A stretch of DNA of 34,580 nt, taken from positions 1 to 34,580 of the forward strand of contig JAVYVS010000007.1 of the NCBI GenBank assembly GCA_038727515.1. Direction: 5' to 3'. Origin of the DNA: Candidatus Methanomethylicia archaeon. Its GTDB lineage: Archaea > Thermoproteota > Methanomethylicia > Culexarchaeales > Culexarchaeaceae. Both the position numbers and the translations under genes were made by a program. This document shows, in pieces, positions 34,284 to 34,580 of the stretch. How positions within the stretch are numbered: the first letter of the stretch is position 1; each line of letters begins with the position of its first letter. A model generated the notes under the pieces. That model saw nothing but the letters and a program-made list of their open reading frames with translations. It ran no database searches and was not told where the DNA came from.

Positions 34284-34580
34284 TTAAGTCTTTCTCCTTT
34301 CTTCTAACAGTTTATTTACTGCTTCCACAAGTATTTTTGCTTGATCTTCAGTTAATTCTGGAACTTTTATAGTCTTTATTCCTGTTGGTGTTTTCTCTTC
34401 TATTACCGCTTCTTTTTCAGGTGATAGGTAAGCTCTATTTATGTTTTCAATATAGATGTCTCTTGGGAATAGATGGTCTGCAGCCCATCTAAATATTCTT
34501 TCAAGACTTTTATGTTCTTCAATCATGTATTCTAAGAATGCTTTTGCACCTGATTTTAAATCTATCTCTAATTTTTCATC
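34284..34580 (-). CDS. Hypothetical protein, C-terminal part (5'-truncated by window edge)
   Basis: Frame stays open from ATG 34526 to the window end (DEKLEIDLKSGAKAFLEYM...). Confidence 0.6.
   Translation of the reverse strand, partial: DEKLEIDLKSGAKAFLEYMIEEHKSLERIFRWAADHLFPRDIYIENINRAYLSPEKEAVIEEKTPTGIKTIKVPELTEDQAKILVEAVNKLLEERRKT

Overview
AT-rich archaeal chromosome segment, probably from a (hyper)thermophile of the TACK/Thermoproteota group. This is inferred from reverse gyrase, archaeal-type MAT, short PurA, Lsm, RIO2, NucS and GGTGA-type ribosome-binding sites. Most genes are housekeeping: purA, nadE, pyrG, rio2, DUF460, mat, lsm, nucS, rgy, a Topo III-like topA and cofE. There is also an MNT-HEPN toxin-antitoxin pair, a decayed VapC gene and a large S-layer-like glycoprotein gene. 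The main observation is that pyrG (CTP synthase) is broken inside its conserved SSxGKG motif by a 22-nt insert. The insert folds into a bulge-helix-bulge (BHB) motif, and cutting at the canonical tRNA-splicing-endonuclease positions restores the frame and motif exactly. This makes it a candidate archaeal mRNA intron in a gene other than cbf5. Other notable items are a three-gene operon resembling an Smc5/6 + Nse4-like kleisin + Nse1/Nse3(MAGE)-like KITE complex with a short, apparently hinge-less SMC; an unannotated box C/D guide RNA predicted to target 16S C1402; a missed small Zn-finger gene; and a local reversal of strand composition at about 26.2-29.3 kb. All family assignments come from motif recognition by eye, and no searches were run.
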